The translations under genes and the position numbers were made by a program. The notes below the pieces were generated by a model, which saw nothing but the letters and a program-made list of their open reading frames with translations, did no database searches and was not told where the DNA came from. A stretch of 64,000 nt of DNA from an uncultured Methanomicrobiales archaeon (GTDB lineage Archaea; Halobacteriota; Methanomicrobia; Methanomicrobiales; Methanospirillaceae). How positions within the stretch are numbered: the stretch's first letter is position 1; every line of letters begins with the position of its first letter. This document shows positions 33,251 to 43,420 of this stretch, one piece after another. The stretch is taken from assembly GCA_963697895.1 (NCBI GenBank), contig OY969100.1, positions 480,001 through 544,000 of the forward strand. Reading direction: 5' to 3'.

Positions 33251-34489
33251 TCATCCTTCCCTGGTTGTGAACTGATATTTTCCGGCCTGAATATCCTTCT
33301 TCAACCGAATGCAGAGATCCTCGGCCCTGTTCCGGTCGGACTGGCGGAGTGTTATCGGCACCCGCAGATCCCCGACGGTGATCGATCCCAAACGACCCTG
33401 ATAATTCCCTCCAGGGCAGACTTTGACACAGGTTCCGCAATTTACACAACGGCTTCGATCGATCCCGATACCAGGAGTAATCGCTCCCGTCGGGCAATCC
33501 CTTGAAGCTGTGCAGATCTCACAGTTCCGGCAACCGGTCGGTGAATATTGTATGACCCAATCGGTGTCGTTCCAGACATTTCCATAATCGCTCCTTGCGA
33601 TGGGCACCCGGTCCTCGATATCGGCAAGGGGCAGTACAATATCGGCATCCCGAATGCGGAGCGCATCGAGTATACTCTCATCGAGAACAGGGATGGGAAT
33701 AGCGAGAGATGTGAGGCATTCGGGTCCGTTCGAGGTGCAAAACCCGCCCATCGTAACAGGATCCATCTCCTTAAGATCGCCAAAAACGGAGAGGTTCGGT
33801 CTTTCGGGGCTGCTCCGTGTTCCTTCACCGATCACCCATCCCGGGGCTCCGTTCAGCATACCCTGCATACCTGCCGTGATCACCCTGCGTTTCGGGTCAT
33901 TTTCCAGGGGGTTGATCTCTCCGCACCCGCTCACCGAGCACTCCCTGCATCTTCCCTTCATCTTCGTGACCGAAAAGATCGATCTTGTATATCGCTTCCC
34001 CCGGTTCAGATATCCGGTATAATTCCGGTACGCGGATCGGGTTGTAATAAGTCGGGCCATATTACAGTCATCAAGAGTTATCCGGGTTGAATATTTCCTG
34101 CTTTCGACCGTTACCTCTACATCGACACCCTTTCTCTCCACAAGATCGCGAAACAGGTGTCCGCCGCCATACGTGGCATTTGTATGAGCGGTTCCATATA
34201 CTATCACATCTACGATTCCTAACCATTCGTTGGGACAAGGTCCGGGATATGCAGGAACATCGTTCAGCCAGACTTCCCCTGCCCGGTCGAAGGATCCCGG
34301 TCGAGCGACCGGGAAAGAAAGAAGTGCAAAAGTTCCCGACATCACTCCGAAGGTCCCGGTCGTGACCACGTCCACCTCATCAATCCCGATATGCTCACCA
34401 TCGGCGGTCCGCTCCTTGAATTCACGGGCAGTCAGTACGGTGGCTTCTCCGCGCAAGATCCGTTCATTGATCATTGCCAGTGACTTCAT
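33251..34489 (-). CDS. Methanogenesis marker 16 metalloprotein (DUF39 family plus C-terminal 2x[4Fe-4S]); putative coenzyme M synthase (ComF-like)
   Basis: VDVVTTGTFGVMSGT, GPCPNE.LG..D, YGGGHLF, SVSGCGEINPLEND; CxxCxxCxxxxxCP and CxxCxxCxxxCP; CoM operon context. Confidence 0.85.
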   Translation of the reverse strand: MKSLAMINERILRGEATVLTAREFKERTADGEHIGIDEVDVVTTGTFGVMSGTFALLSFPVARPGSFDRAGEVWLNDVPAYPGPCPNEWLGIVDVIVYGTAHTNATYGGGHLFRDLVERKGVDVEVTVESRKYSTRITLDDCNMARLITTRSAYRNYTGYLNRGKRYTRSIFSVTKMKGRCRECSVSGCGEINPLENDPKRRVITAGMQGMLNGAPGWVIGEGTRSSPERPNLSVFGDLKEMDPVTMGGFCTSNGPECLTSLAIPIPVLDESILDALRIRDADIVLPLADIEDRVPIARSDYGNVWNDTDWVIQYSPTGCRNCEICTASRDCPTGAITPGIGIDRSRCVNCGTCVKVCPGGNYQGRLGSITVGDLRVPITLRQSDRNRAEDLCIRLKKDIQAGKYQFTTREG

Positions 34490-35112
34490 ATCCGGATATC
34501 CTCGATTCTGATATGCAAACCCCATGATTTATGGAGTATCATGTTAACCACGCCGGTATGGCAGAGGTTCATCATGCAAGCGGACGGCATGAACGGTTGG
34601 CGGAGGCCGAAGACCGGTTCCCGGCTGGTGACAGCGGCCCTTCCCTCGAATCCGATAACATGGTACGCCTCCACATCATGATGTTTCCGGCCCCGGAGGG
34701 CGAGTGGCCCGACCGTGTGACAGATCAATACCCCGGTGACGGGATTGGCTTCGAGAACTTCGAGGACGTGCTGGACCGGGCAGCCCGACCCCGCCGGTCG
34801 TCCGACAACCAGGTCGCCCCTGCTCATCTTCCATGCCGAAACAAGGTCAGGGCGGAACGGGAGAATACTCTTCCGGGGGGACGGCTCACCGGGTATCGGT
34901 TCGAGGATGAAGTCCGCCATTCTTCCCACGATGTCCAGGGCGGGTTGTGAGATAAACCCTGTGGAACTGGCCTCGGTATTCGGTGTCGATTCGCCTGAGA
35001 ACGGGCAGTCGTCCCGTGTCTTTGCCTTCTCCATTACCAGACGAGTAAAATCTTCGCATGTCCGGCTGCCGCAGGCACCACAATCCTTTCCGGGGGGGAT
35101 CCACGAATCCAT
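34486..35112 (-). CDS. Fe-S-binding protein of unknown function
   Basis: N-terminal PGKDCGACGSRTC...CP (RnfB/CdhE-type FeS domain); additional GCPVQH, CHTVGP and CMMNLCHTG motifs. Confidence 0.8.
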   Translation of the reverse strand: MDSWIPPGKDCGACGSRTCEDFTRLVMEKAKTRDDCPFSGESTPNTEASSTGFISQPALDIVGRMADFILEPIPGEPSPRKSILPFRPDLVSAWKMSRGDLVVGRPAGSGCPVQHVLEVLEANPVTGVLICHTVGPLALRGRKHHDVEAYHVIGFEGRAAVTSREPVFGLRQPFMPSACMMNLCHTGVVNMILHKSWGLHIRIEDIRI

Positions 35113-35113
35113 T

Positions 35114-35833
35114 TCAATCGCCCCGGTACAGACTATCGGCACCGTCCAGTTTCCGCACCACTCCCGAATGGTGTTGCCAGCCAATCTCTTTTTTACCAAC
35201 ACAGATGGTACAGACGCCGAGCGGTGGGGTACCCCGGAGAGTTATCGTATCGGGGTCCTGAATATCCGGTGTTGTATCGATGGACCTGATCAGGTACCGA
35301 AGCCCTGTTCCCTGGATGGCATTTGTCTCGATGATGTCTATGTCAGGGGCGACCTCCCGCACCCGCTCCCGGAAGACTTCTTTTTCCGCCTGTGAAACGA
35401 GATCTGTTTTAGTCACGACCGCCGCATCGGCGAGCGCGATCATCGGGGCCATCTTAAGCGGGCTGTTTGTCCCCCCGGCGGCTGAAAGGACCACGATTCC
35501 GAGGGACTGGGTAGTGTATGGCGTGCACCGGAGGCAGAGTCCGGCACTCTCGAGGATCAGGATATCAGCATCGCATTTCCCGGCCCATGCGATCGCATCC
35601 CGGAGGACCATGACTCCGGCGTGGTCCGGGCATAAATCCCCTGAATACACCTTTCGTGCTGGAATGCCGAATTCATCTGCAAGCTCCTCGTCCTCGAATG
35701 CCCGGACGACATCGATCTTCAGGTACGCGATCTGTTTTTCGTCTGCCAGGAGTTCACGGATCACCTGGCGCGCCACCGCTGTCTTTCCGGCGCTCGGCGG
35801 TCCGGCAAAGATGACCAGTTTCACCCCGGACAC
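35114..35833 (-). CDS. G3E-family (HypB/UreG/CobW-like) GTPase
   Basis: GPPSAGKT, SGDLCPDH, ESAGLCLRC, TKTD and C-terminal CTIC. Confidence 0.85.
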   Translation of the reverse strand: MSGVKLVIFAGPPSAGKTAVARQVIRELLADEKQIAYLKIDVVRAFEDEELADEFGIPARKVYSGDLCPDHAGVMVLRDAIAWAGKCDADILILESAGLCLRCTPYTTQSLGIVVLSAAGGTNSPLKMAPMIALADAAVVTKTDLVSQAEKEVFRERVREVAPDIDIIETNAIQGTGLRYLIRSIDTTPDIQDPDTITLRGTPPLGVCTICVGKKEIGWQHHSGVVRKLDGADSLYRGD

Positions 35834-36603
35834 TCCTCCCCGATCAGGAGATCCCCCGACCGGATCCTCTCCCGGTAGGAGGAGAGGAGCCGGTCCATCA
35901 TCGCCACCTGCTCGATAATCCCCTTCTCTATGCCGTCCGGGACCAAAATCTTCTCAACAGCCCCGTTCCGCATCACGATCCGCCGGTCACCGAGGAGGGC
36001 GAGGAGTGGATCGTGCGTCACAAAGAGGACCGCCTTCCGGTGGTGCTTAAGGAGGGGTATTACCTTCTCTTTGCAGATCCCTCCACTCTCCACCTCGTCG
36101 AGGAGAATGATGGGGGTGCTGCAGATGGTGATTGCATCCGCGATGAAGAGCGATCGGGTCTGTCCCCCCGAGAGCGAGGTCATGCGCATCGGCCCGGCGA
36201 TCTTTTCGCCGGTGAACTCGTTTGCGAGTCCGATTGTCCTCACGATGATGCCGGGGTCTTCGATTCGCCGTGCTCTCACATGCATACCGAGGAATTCGTT
36301 CACCGTCAGATCGGCGAGACATTTCGTGTTCTGGGTAATGAGGGCGATCGGTTTACAGGCCGGGTCGCGGATGAGGTGTTCCGGGGGTTCCTGGCCGTTC
36401 ACGAGTACCGTCCTCCCGGTCGCTGTGTCGTTCCGCGCAAAAACTTCGATATCATTGATGAGCGCCGACTTCCCCGAACCTGTGGGACCGACAATGGAGA
36501 TAATATCACCGGGGCGGATGATGATCTCCGTAAAATTTTCTCCTTCCCCTTGCCGGTTCTTCCCGGGGAGGATAGTAATTGATCCTATCGGGTAATCGGG
36601 CAT
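35821..36603 (-). CDS. ABC-family ATPase with no adjacent permease
   Basis: GPTGSGKS, Q-loop ITQ, LSGGQ, LLDE and VTHD motifs. Confidence 0.88.
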   Translation of the reverse strand: MPDYPIGSITILPGKNRQGEGENFTEIIIRPGDIISIVGPTGSGKSALINDIEVFARNDTATGRTVLVNGQEPPEHLIRDPACKPIALITQNTKCLADLTVNEFLGMHVRARRIEDPGIIVRTIGLANEFTGEKIAGPMRMTSLSGGQTRSLFIADAITICSTPIILLDEVESGGICKEKVIPLLKHHRKAVLFVTHDPLLALLGDRRIVMRNGAVEKILVPDGIEKGIIEQVAMMDRLLSSYRERIRSGDLLIGEECPG

Positions 36604-36708
36604 ATAACAATCATCAGGAACGGAACGTAATATAATTATCTTTAATACCTATAATAATAATACTTTAAGGTATAAATAATTGGTATATTGATACAAATGG
36701 GGTAACAA

Positions 36709-37200
36709 ATGCTCTCTAAAAGAATGTTTCAGCTGGGGTTTCGTGAAGCGCTCGCCGAGGAACTTCACCGGAAGGATATGACCGTCCGGGATCTCGCGAC
36801 GAGAACCGGGATTCCGCCTGCCACTTTGTACAAAATAACGGCGGGTGAACGGGATCCCCGGTTCTCTACGGTTAAACGTATTCTGGAAGTTCTTGAGCCA
36901 CAGGACAGGGGTTTCATCGCCGTGATCGCCGCAAAGTTCATCCTGGACAGGGTGGAGGGAAGGGAGATACCTGGAGACGGACACCAGTACCGGGTACGCG
37001 GGTACGCGGCAAACTCCATGGACGAATGTATTGTTGCAGCAGTTGCTGCGGAACGGGAGGGAGCGGTCGGCATCATATGTGCCCCGATTCTGGCCCCGCT
37101 CGTGGAGAAGATAGTCGATGTACCGGTCGCGATCATTAAACCGAGCACGGACACGGTGGAAGACGCAATGAAGACTCTGGCCCTGATTCTTCGTCGTTGA
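36709..37200 (+). CDS. XRE/Cro-type HTH transcriptional regulator with a C-terminal putative ligand-binding domain
   Basis: TVRDLATRTGIPPATLYKITAGERDPRFST HTH; divergent from the CoM operon. Confidence 0.85.
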   Translation: MLSKRMFQLGFREALAEELHRKDMTVRDLATRTGIPPATLYKITAGERDPRFSTVKRILEVLEPQDRGFIAVIAAKFILDRVEGREIPGDGHQYRVRGYAANSMDECIVAAVAAEREGAVGIICAPILAPLVEKIVDVPVAIIKPSTDTVEDAMKTLALILRR

Positions 37201-37308
37201 GCAGCTGGCTGACTGAAGGGGAAAAACACGCCCCCTCTATCGTGCATTATTTATCATCCCTTTACCGGAAGTATTTGGTAATATGATCCTGGGAGAGAGC
37301 ATTACCGG

Positions 37309-38016
37309 TTATTTTATCCCGGCACGGTGGTTTCCGTCGCAGAATGGCTTATTATGGGATTTACCGCAACGACAGAGCGTAAGACGATTGCGAATTTCAT
37401 ACCGTGTCCCTTCTGCGGATTCTACCGGAATGCCACCCCGTACCCATATCGGACCGTTTACCCCTTCCTGAATATCCTTGACCAATCCGATGGAGGGGCT
37501 AAATTTCGGCTCAATTGCAGTTTCAGAAGTTTTATCCCAGATTACCAGGCGTCCGGAAGGACAATTTCCCCCTTCTTCTATGGCAAGTGTTGCCGCTTCC
37601 GGAATATCTGATTGCCGGGTCAGATTCCAGATTCTTCCCATTCGAAGACAAAAACGGGCATGTGAACATAAGTCCTCTGCATCGGTGAGTTTCAAGACAG
37701 GCCCCTCAAGCTCTTTTGCCTGATCTTTGTACATATCCCTGCTGGCCGTCTCAGTGCCATCGAAATTCGCCATTATATGCGTTCGATCACAGAATGGTTT
37801 ATTTTGAGATCGCCCGCAGCGGCACAATTCATATTCTTCCGTCACCACATATGAGTCTCCCTGCAACCATTTGTAGGAATATCCTTCGGCATCCGTTTCA
37901 ATTATCTGGTCACTCACCGGAATCCCCCCGGAGACCTGATACGGTCCATCTTTCTGCACCATTATCTTCCGACCTTCATATGCAGGATTATGTCCTTTCC
38001 CCTTGTTCTTCGACAT
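37309..38016 (-). CDS. Double CDGSH iron-sulfur domain protein with central ferredoxin-like motif
   Basis: LCRCGRSQNKPFCDRTH and LCRCGKSHNKPFCDGNH; central CSHARFC...CPSG. Confidence 0.88.
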   Translation of the reverse strand: MSKNKGKGHNPAYEGRKIMVQKDGPYQVSGGIPVSDQIIETDAEGYSYKWLQGDSYVVTEEYELCRCGRSQNKPFCDRTHIMANFDGTETASRDMYKDQAKELEGPVLKLTDAEDLCSHARFCLRMGRIWNLTRQSDIPEAATLAIEEGGNCPSGRLVIWDKTSETAIEPKFSPSIGLVKDIQEGVNGPIWVRGGIPVESAEGTRYEIRNRLTLCRCGKSHNKPFCDGNHRAGIK

Positions 38017-38550
38017 GATTCATCCCTTCCTGATGATAATCTACACCGTCAATATTTACATACATATGGACAGGCATTTTACTCAGAAAATTAATGGTTT
38101 TTCGTTATTCCCGCGAATCAAATCATTCATTGAAGGGCCTCCCTGAAATAAAAGGATACTGAAGAAGTCTTGATCGTAGCACCGGTATGGAGTAGGTTTT
38201 TTTGCATGGGCAGGCCTCTCGGATTCGTCATTCCTGCCGGAACCGAAATTGATCATGACTTACTTACCGAACAAGCACAAAATTGCGCTACATAAACAGG
38301 GGAAGAATGACATTATTGGTTCACCCGGAAGATGTGAATCTGTCAGGATATCTTGCGCCCGGCGATTGAACTTGGGATTGGGTCGGATCATCAGGCGGGA
38401 TCCGGCCCGTTTTGAGCAGTTCATCCAAATATTTATCCGGGTAGAGCGTTCTGTTTATATGGAACACTTGACCGTTATCCTGGCATAGATCTTGCTTATA
38501 CAGGGAAATCCCCAGCAAAGAATTATTCGGGACATGGCTTGTGTAGAAAG

Positions 38551-38622
38551 GTCCCGGTAGGGTAGTGGATATCCTAGAAGCCTGCGGAGCTTTTGACCCG
38601 GGTTCGAATCCCGGCCGGGGCG
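38551..38622 (+). tRNA. tRNA-Arg (anticodon GCG)
   Basis: Acceptor GTCCCGG/CCGGGGC, D-arm, anticodon stem GAAGC-CTGCGGA-GCTTT, T-arm CCGGG-TTCGAAT-CCCGG; no intron, CCA not encoded. Confidence 0.95.
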
Positions 38623-38824
38623 TATTATTTGGGTTTCCTATTCGCACAAAGAGAATATCGACCGCTTTCTACAGTAATATATGCAATTCACGTGAGATCT
38701 CATATTCGGGTTACAGGTAAGATCTGTCCACTTACCGTTATTCTCAGGTCTAACCTCTACGACGGTCCGTTGAGGTGCGAGTGAATACCGAACAGGAAGA
38801 AAGGTTATATAAGTTACTGCTGAT

Positions 38825-39379
38825 ATGCGAGGTATGAAAAGAATTGCCATCGGCCTGTTTATCTGTGCATTCCTCGCGATCCTCGTTGCCGGATGCACTA
38901 CTACTCCGGTCACCCCACCGGCGACGACCATACCTCCGACCACTACCGTTAGTACACCTGTTCCCACCACCTCACCGATCACCGATCCGGCTTTGGTGGG
39001 GACGTGGTATCTATTGGCATGGACCGGGCCAGGCGGAGCAAACCCTATCCAGACAATAGGGACGCAAATAACCGCGATCTTCACCAGTGATGGAGGGTTG
39101 TCCGGCTTCGGAGGATGCAACAATTACAACGGTCAGTACACGCTGACGGGCCAGGTCCTCCCGGATGGGAAGGGTATTACGATCGGACCGATCATCACCA
39201 CATTGATGTTCTGCGCAGATTCAAGCACCACAGAAGGGACGTACCTTTCGATCCTGCAGAATGCGACGAGTTACACGGTGAACACGAACCAGCAGTTAAC
39301 CCTCACGGACCGTGACGGAAGTATGCTCGTATTTGGGCCGGCGCCATATGGAACTACGGCGGTGCCAATAGGATCATAA
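38825..39379 (+). CDS. META (HslJ-like) domain lipoprotein
   Basis: Lipobox LVAGC, Pro/Thr linker, LVGTWYL, SGFGGCNNYNGQY and TLMFC...E.TYL. Confidence 0.85.
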   Translation: MRGMKRIAIGLFICAFLAILVAGCTTTPVTPPATTIPPTTTVSTPVPTTSPITDPALVGTWYLLAWTGPGGANPIQTIGTQITAIFTSDGGLSGFGGCNNYNGQYTLTGQVLPDGKGITIGPIITTLMFCADSSTTEGTYLSILQNATSYTVNTNQQLTLTDRDGSMLVFGPAPYGTTAVPIGS

Positions 39380-39813
39380 ACTTATTTTTCTTATTTTAGG
39401 ATTGGGACATTCGATGTTAATTTGTGCGGATTTTTCTTCGCACCGTTTTATGAGGATGTTCAGACATCAGAAAGCGGCTCATGGGCATTTTCTAAAATAG
39501 ACAGTTATCACGGTGGCGAAAATTATATCATCTCCTCGATAATGATGCCTGATGATAACGAGGGGACGATTTGGTCCCTAATTCACGGCGATATCTGATG
39601 TGAAATGCGGCATTGCCAACCAGCCGGGATTGTTATCTCTCCTGAAAGAAAAGATAAATTCTTTTGATCCGATTTAAAACCGATTGGATTATATCCGGGT
39701 ATATTTAAAAATCAGAACGATCATCCTTTCTCCGGGCGAAAGATATCCTGATTGGCTGGTCAACCTGCCATAATCGCATGAATAGTATTTTTACCGTTTA
39801 ATGGAGGGAAAAA

Positions 39814-42405
39814 ATGCGGATCACATTGTTAAACGTCCTTCAAATTGCCTGTTTTTTGTTTATATTGATCGTGTTACCGGTATCTGCAGCGAACACGGGG
39901 GTAAACACGATCGCGCAGGGCGGGGAGGTGTTTATCGGCGAACAAGGCCTCGACATCACTGCCTGTGTGGGGAACGTAACGAATCTTGCATGGTTTGCCG
40001 GTGGGAGCAGACCCTCAACGGATGTACCCAGTTATGTTCTGACTATCGGTAACCCGGCAAACTTCTATGTCTCACCTTCGGTATTCGTCGAAAGGACCGG
40101 CAACTGGTACCAATGGACCGGGTCATCTCCTGCAGGGGGGGTGGCATTCAACGCGCTTGATCCATCCCTGGAGATGGCGATCATCTCGCAGCTGAACATG
40201 AATACCGTCTCGTATGGATCGATACCTCAGGGAGACTTCCTCAACTTCTGGGTTTCGACCAATATGTGGACCATCGCAACCCGCCCCGGCTATAACGCAT
40301 CTGTCGATGGCCCGTTCACGTTCAAAGTTAAATCACCCGACGGCACCATATTTACGGCGTTGTTCCAAAATGCCACGTATACGATCCCATTGACACGCGT
40401 CACGATAGACTCGTCGTATGCGACCTGGGTCCCCCTACCGCCTCCCTATAACGCGAACGGGTGGAACACCGGTGTAACCGACTCCTCAGGAACGAAGATA
40501 TACAAGACAGGGCTGTATGAGGCAACCCTCGAGTGTAACATCAATGGCATGAAGGACAATTACAAGGATCCGGATGGTTTGGACTATGTTGGGAAAACCA
40601 TTACCTATCCTCATGAAGTGAGTATCATATCCAACACCATCAGCATCACCACGAGCAACGATTCGGTTGTGAAGGGTAACCCGTTCTCGGTCACGATCGT
40701 TGGCCTGCCAAGCGCCCCCTACATCCTGTGGGTCAAGGGTACTGGCCAGATGACCGGTCTCCCCCAGGACCAGCCACCCTATATCCTATCATTCCAGAGC
40801 GGTCTGAAACGGGATCCCGTCAATGGACCCTATAACATCGGTGGCTACCAGTTCCAGGGCGGCGCAGGCCGGACGGTCAAGCAGGACGTTCCCGCTGTGC
40901 CAAGCAACGGTACTATCTACTATGGACTGGTGACCCTGAAGGACACAGGCGTCCGCACGATCGGCTGGCAGTCCACCCAGGATACCAAGGACCAGAAGTA
41001 CACCATCCGTGTCGAACGCGGCCCGCCGGGACCGAATGGTCTACCTGAGATCTTCACAGACGTCACGGAGTACAAGTCCGATGAAGTGGATGTCACAATA
41101 GAGAAGGGGACGGTCATGGTCGTTGCGTCCGGAGACCAGAGTTACTACCTCGGTGCGGAAGTCCAGTTGTCCGGTACGAACTCGGAGACCGACACGGTCT
41201 ACCTGTTCATCACGGGACCGAACCTCCCGGTTGCCGGGGGCCAGCTGACCGACCCGAGAGCACCGGTCGTAGATGGGGATCCCACAACATTCACCACCAC
41301 GTCCGTGCTCGATGACAACACCTGGAGTTACAAGTGGCAGACGGCAAACCTCAACGTCGATGCAGGTACATACACGATCTGGGCGGTATCAACCCCGAAT
41401 AACCGGGACAACCTCGGTAACACCCAGTACTCGACTGTATCGGTCATCATCAAGAAGCCGTTCGTGTCTGCAACCACCTCCGCATCGACCGTCGCCGCCG
41501 GTGACAAGTTGTATGTCCGCGGTGTTGCAGCCGGTCAGCCCTCTCCGGGAGTCGCCATCTGGGTTCTCGGAAAGAACTATGCAAGCTACAAGACAACGAC
41601 CGTGAACTCTGACGGCACCTTCTCGCAGGAGTACACCTCGGGAGAGACGTCACAGCTGGCAAGCGGCCAGTATTTCGTCGTCGTCCAGCACCCGATGTAC
41701 AATGACGTATTCGATGTGTACCCGTCCGGGCAAATATTCCCAGGCGGACCGTCGGTATTTGTCCAGAGCACCTACCCGACCCCCGGAAGCAACGTCTTCC
41801 AGTTGACCGGTCCGGGCAGTCTCCAGGGATCTGACGCGGCAGAGGCACTCGTTACCGCACTGAACAACCCCAGTGTTGACGATACCTATACCAAGCTCCA
41901 GTTCCTGATCGACACCCCGACGATCAACATCTTACCGATCCCGCAGCAGACGGTAGGCGACCAGTTTACCATCAAGGGAACAACGAACCTCGCGGTTGAT
42001 GACGAGATCAGCGTTCAGGTAACCTCCTCGTCCTTCCAGCCCACCCAGAAGACCCAGAGCGGGGAATTCAGCGGTGCCAGTGGCACGGTAAAGGTCGTGC
42101 AGGGAACGGGCGGATTGAACACCTGGTCATTCCCGGTCGATTCCAAGAACTTCCAGCCCGATGAGTACATCGTGGATGTCGAAGGCATCACCGTGACCGC
42201 ATCCGCAACCGCACTGTTTAATGTCGTTGCATATGTGCCGACCACGGTTCCGACCACGGTTGTAACGACCGTCCCGGTTACCAACGTAACCACCATTCCG
42301 ACCACCATACCCACCACGGTACCAACCACTACCCCCGGATTTGGTGCATTGATTGCCCTGGTCGGTCTTGGAGCAGTTGCATTCCTCGTCGTGAGGAAGC
42401 ACTAA
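39814..42405 (+). CDS. Methanomicrobiales S-layer-type glycoprotein (DUF3821-like N-terminus) with PGF-CTERM sorting signal
   Basis: Signal peptide; QGGEVFIGEQGLDIT; VVVQHPMYN; SDAAEALV..L....VDDTY; Thr-rich linker; TPGFG-TM-RKH archaeosortase signal. Confidence 0.88.
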   Translation: MRITLLNVLQIACFLFILIVLPVSAANTGVNTIAQGGEVFIGEQGLDITACVGNVTNLAWFAGGSRPSTDVPSYVLTIGNPANFYVSPSVFVERTGNWYQWTGSSPAGGVAFNALDPSLEMAIISQLNMNTVSYGSIPQGDFLNFWVSTNMWTIATRPGYNASVDGPFTFKVKSPDGTIFTALFQNATYTIPLTRVTIDSSYATWVPLPPPYNANGWNTGVTDSSGTKIYKTGLYEATLECNINGMKDNYKDPDGLDYVGKTITYPHEVSIISNTISITTSNDSVVKGNPFSVTIVGLPSAPYILWVKGTGQMTGLPQDQPPYILSFQSGLKRDPVNGPYNIGGYQFQGGAGRTVKQDVPAVPSNGTIYYGLVTLKDTGVRTIGWQSTQDTKDQKYTIRVERGPPGPNGLPEIFTDVTEYKSDEVDVTIEKGTVMVVASGDQSYYLGAEVQLSGTNSETDTVYLFITGPNLPVAGGQLTDPRAPVVDGDPTTFTTTSVLDDNTWSYKWQTANLNVDAGTYTIWAVSTPNNRDNLGNTQYSTVSVIIKKPFVSATTSASTVAAGDKLYVRGVAAGQPSPGVAIWVLGKNYASYKTTTVNSDGTFSQEYTSGETSQLASGQYFVVVQHPMYNDVFDVYPSGQIFPGGPSVFVQSTYPTPGSNVFQLTGPGSLQGSDAAEALVTALNNPSVDDTYTKLQFLIDTPTINILPIPQQTVGDQFTIKGTTNLAVDDEISVQVTSSSFQPTQKTQSGEFSGASGTVKVVQGTGGLNTWSFPVDSKNFQPDEYIVDVEGITVTASATALFNVVAYVPTTVPTTVVTTVPVTNVTTIPTTIPTTVPTTTPGFGALIALVGLGAVAFLVVRKH
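42238..42333 (+). repeat. Imperfect 12-bp coding repeats (PTTV/PTTI) in the Thr-rich linker
   Basis: CCGACCACGGTT x2 followed by degenerate copies. Confidence 0.6.
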
Positions 42406-42410
42406 ATCTA

Positions 42411-42440
42411 CATTTTTCCTCTTTTTCGTGTTTTTTTTCA
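42411..42440 (+). terminator. T-rich terminator of the S-layer-type gene
   Basis: Three consecutive oligo-T tracts after the stop codon. Confidence 0.55.
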
Positions 42441-42793
42441 AAATAAAAAGGGATACGGCAATCACTTTCAGGAACCATATTTATGATTAATAGGAGAATG
42501 CATTCACGTAGGGATGCGATGGATCCGATGAAGAATTGAGTAAGAAAGAATAATGGGAGTCTCTGTCTCGGTCCTATTTTTATCGTTTTGCCCGTCTAAT
42601 GATATAAGTGATCCCTCCCTGACCATAGTCTGATGTGATGTCGGGATTCACGATAATGATGGGGCAAGATTCCCGCTCTGATTTTAAAGGATTGCTGGTG
42701 ATGAAACGGTTTTAAAACATGAAAATCGTTTTATGTGGGGTATTTTTCGTTCCGTCACCCGGATATTTTATAATTACACCACGATGGTCGGTC

Positions 42794-43420
42794 TCATCCG
42801 GCAGGGGGTTCCGGAGCATAACCCTTCACAAAGATCGGAATCCGGGTTATTTTTTTGTAGATCCGAATTTTCCGCCGAAGGTCACGATAATCATATATGA
42901 ACAGTTCGATGGTAGCCCAGAAGGTCACCCAGTTGGAGATCAGCAGGATAAATGCGATGAAAATAATGAAATATGTTACCGGAGGGATTGAACCGGTCTC
43001 TGCGAAGATATCCTGGAGTGCGAAGAATGTACTCAGACCCAGGATGACGAACAGGATTCCGGCAGTCATGGTCAGGATCATAAGGATGAGGCTGTATATG
43101 CCCTCCCTTCTGGTCAGTTTCAGGTTATGCTCGAGATCCGGTATCCTTCGGGCGAAGTGGCGCTGGATGGCCTGTGGGATCAGTGTTACCATATCGGATG
43201 GGAGTCCGGCCTTCGGGAGATCGATGCAAATCTCCAGAGGCTTTTTCGGTACGAATTCATCTGCATAACCAAATATCGTCTCTTCGGCCTCCTCCGTCAA
43301 CTCGGTATTAGGGAGCGGGCGGGGATCGGTTTCATCGAAGAGCTGGTTTTTTGCGTTAAAACCAAAACTGATTGTGACCATTCCGTTCCGCTCTAATTTT
43401 TCCACATCGATGATTCTCAC
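42794..43420 (-). CDS. Hypothetical two-TM membrane protein
   Basis: Soluble N-terminus with QLF..DP.P...EL..EAEE; two hydrophobic helices; WV.FW..IE.F.YD motif. Confidence 0.7.
   Translation of the reverse strand: MRIIDVEKLERNGMVTISFGFNAKNQLFDETDPRPLPNTELTEEAEETIFGYADEFVPKKPLEICIDLPKAGLPSDMVTLIPQAIQRHFARRIPDLEHNLKLTRREGIYSLILMILTMTAGILFVILGLSTFFALQDIFAETGSIPPVTYFIIFIAFILLISNWVTFWATIELFIYDYRDLRRKIRIYKKITRIPIFVKGYAPEPPAG

Noticed and set aside
42655-42725. Possible C/D-box sRNA (ATGATGG...CTGA...GTGATGA...CATGA)
   Set aside because: Boxes C and D are both degenerate, the second guide is AT-rich, and no rRNA/tRNA complementarity could be established; similar weak patterns near 39540 and 49140 were also dropped
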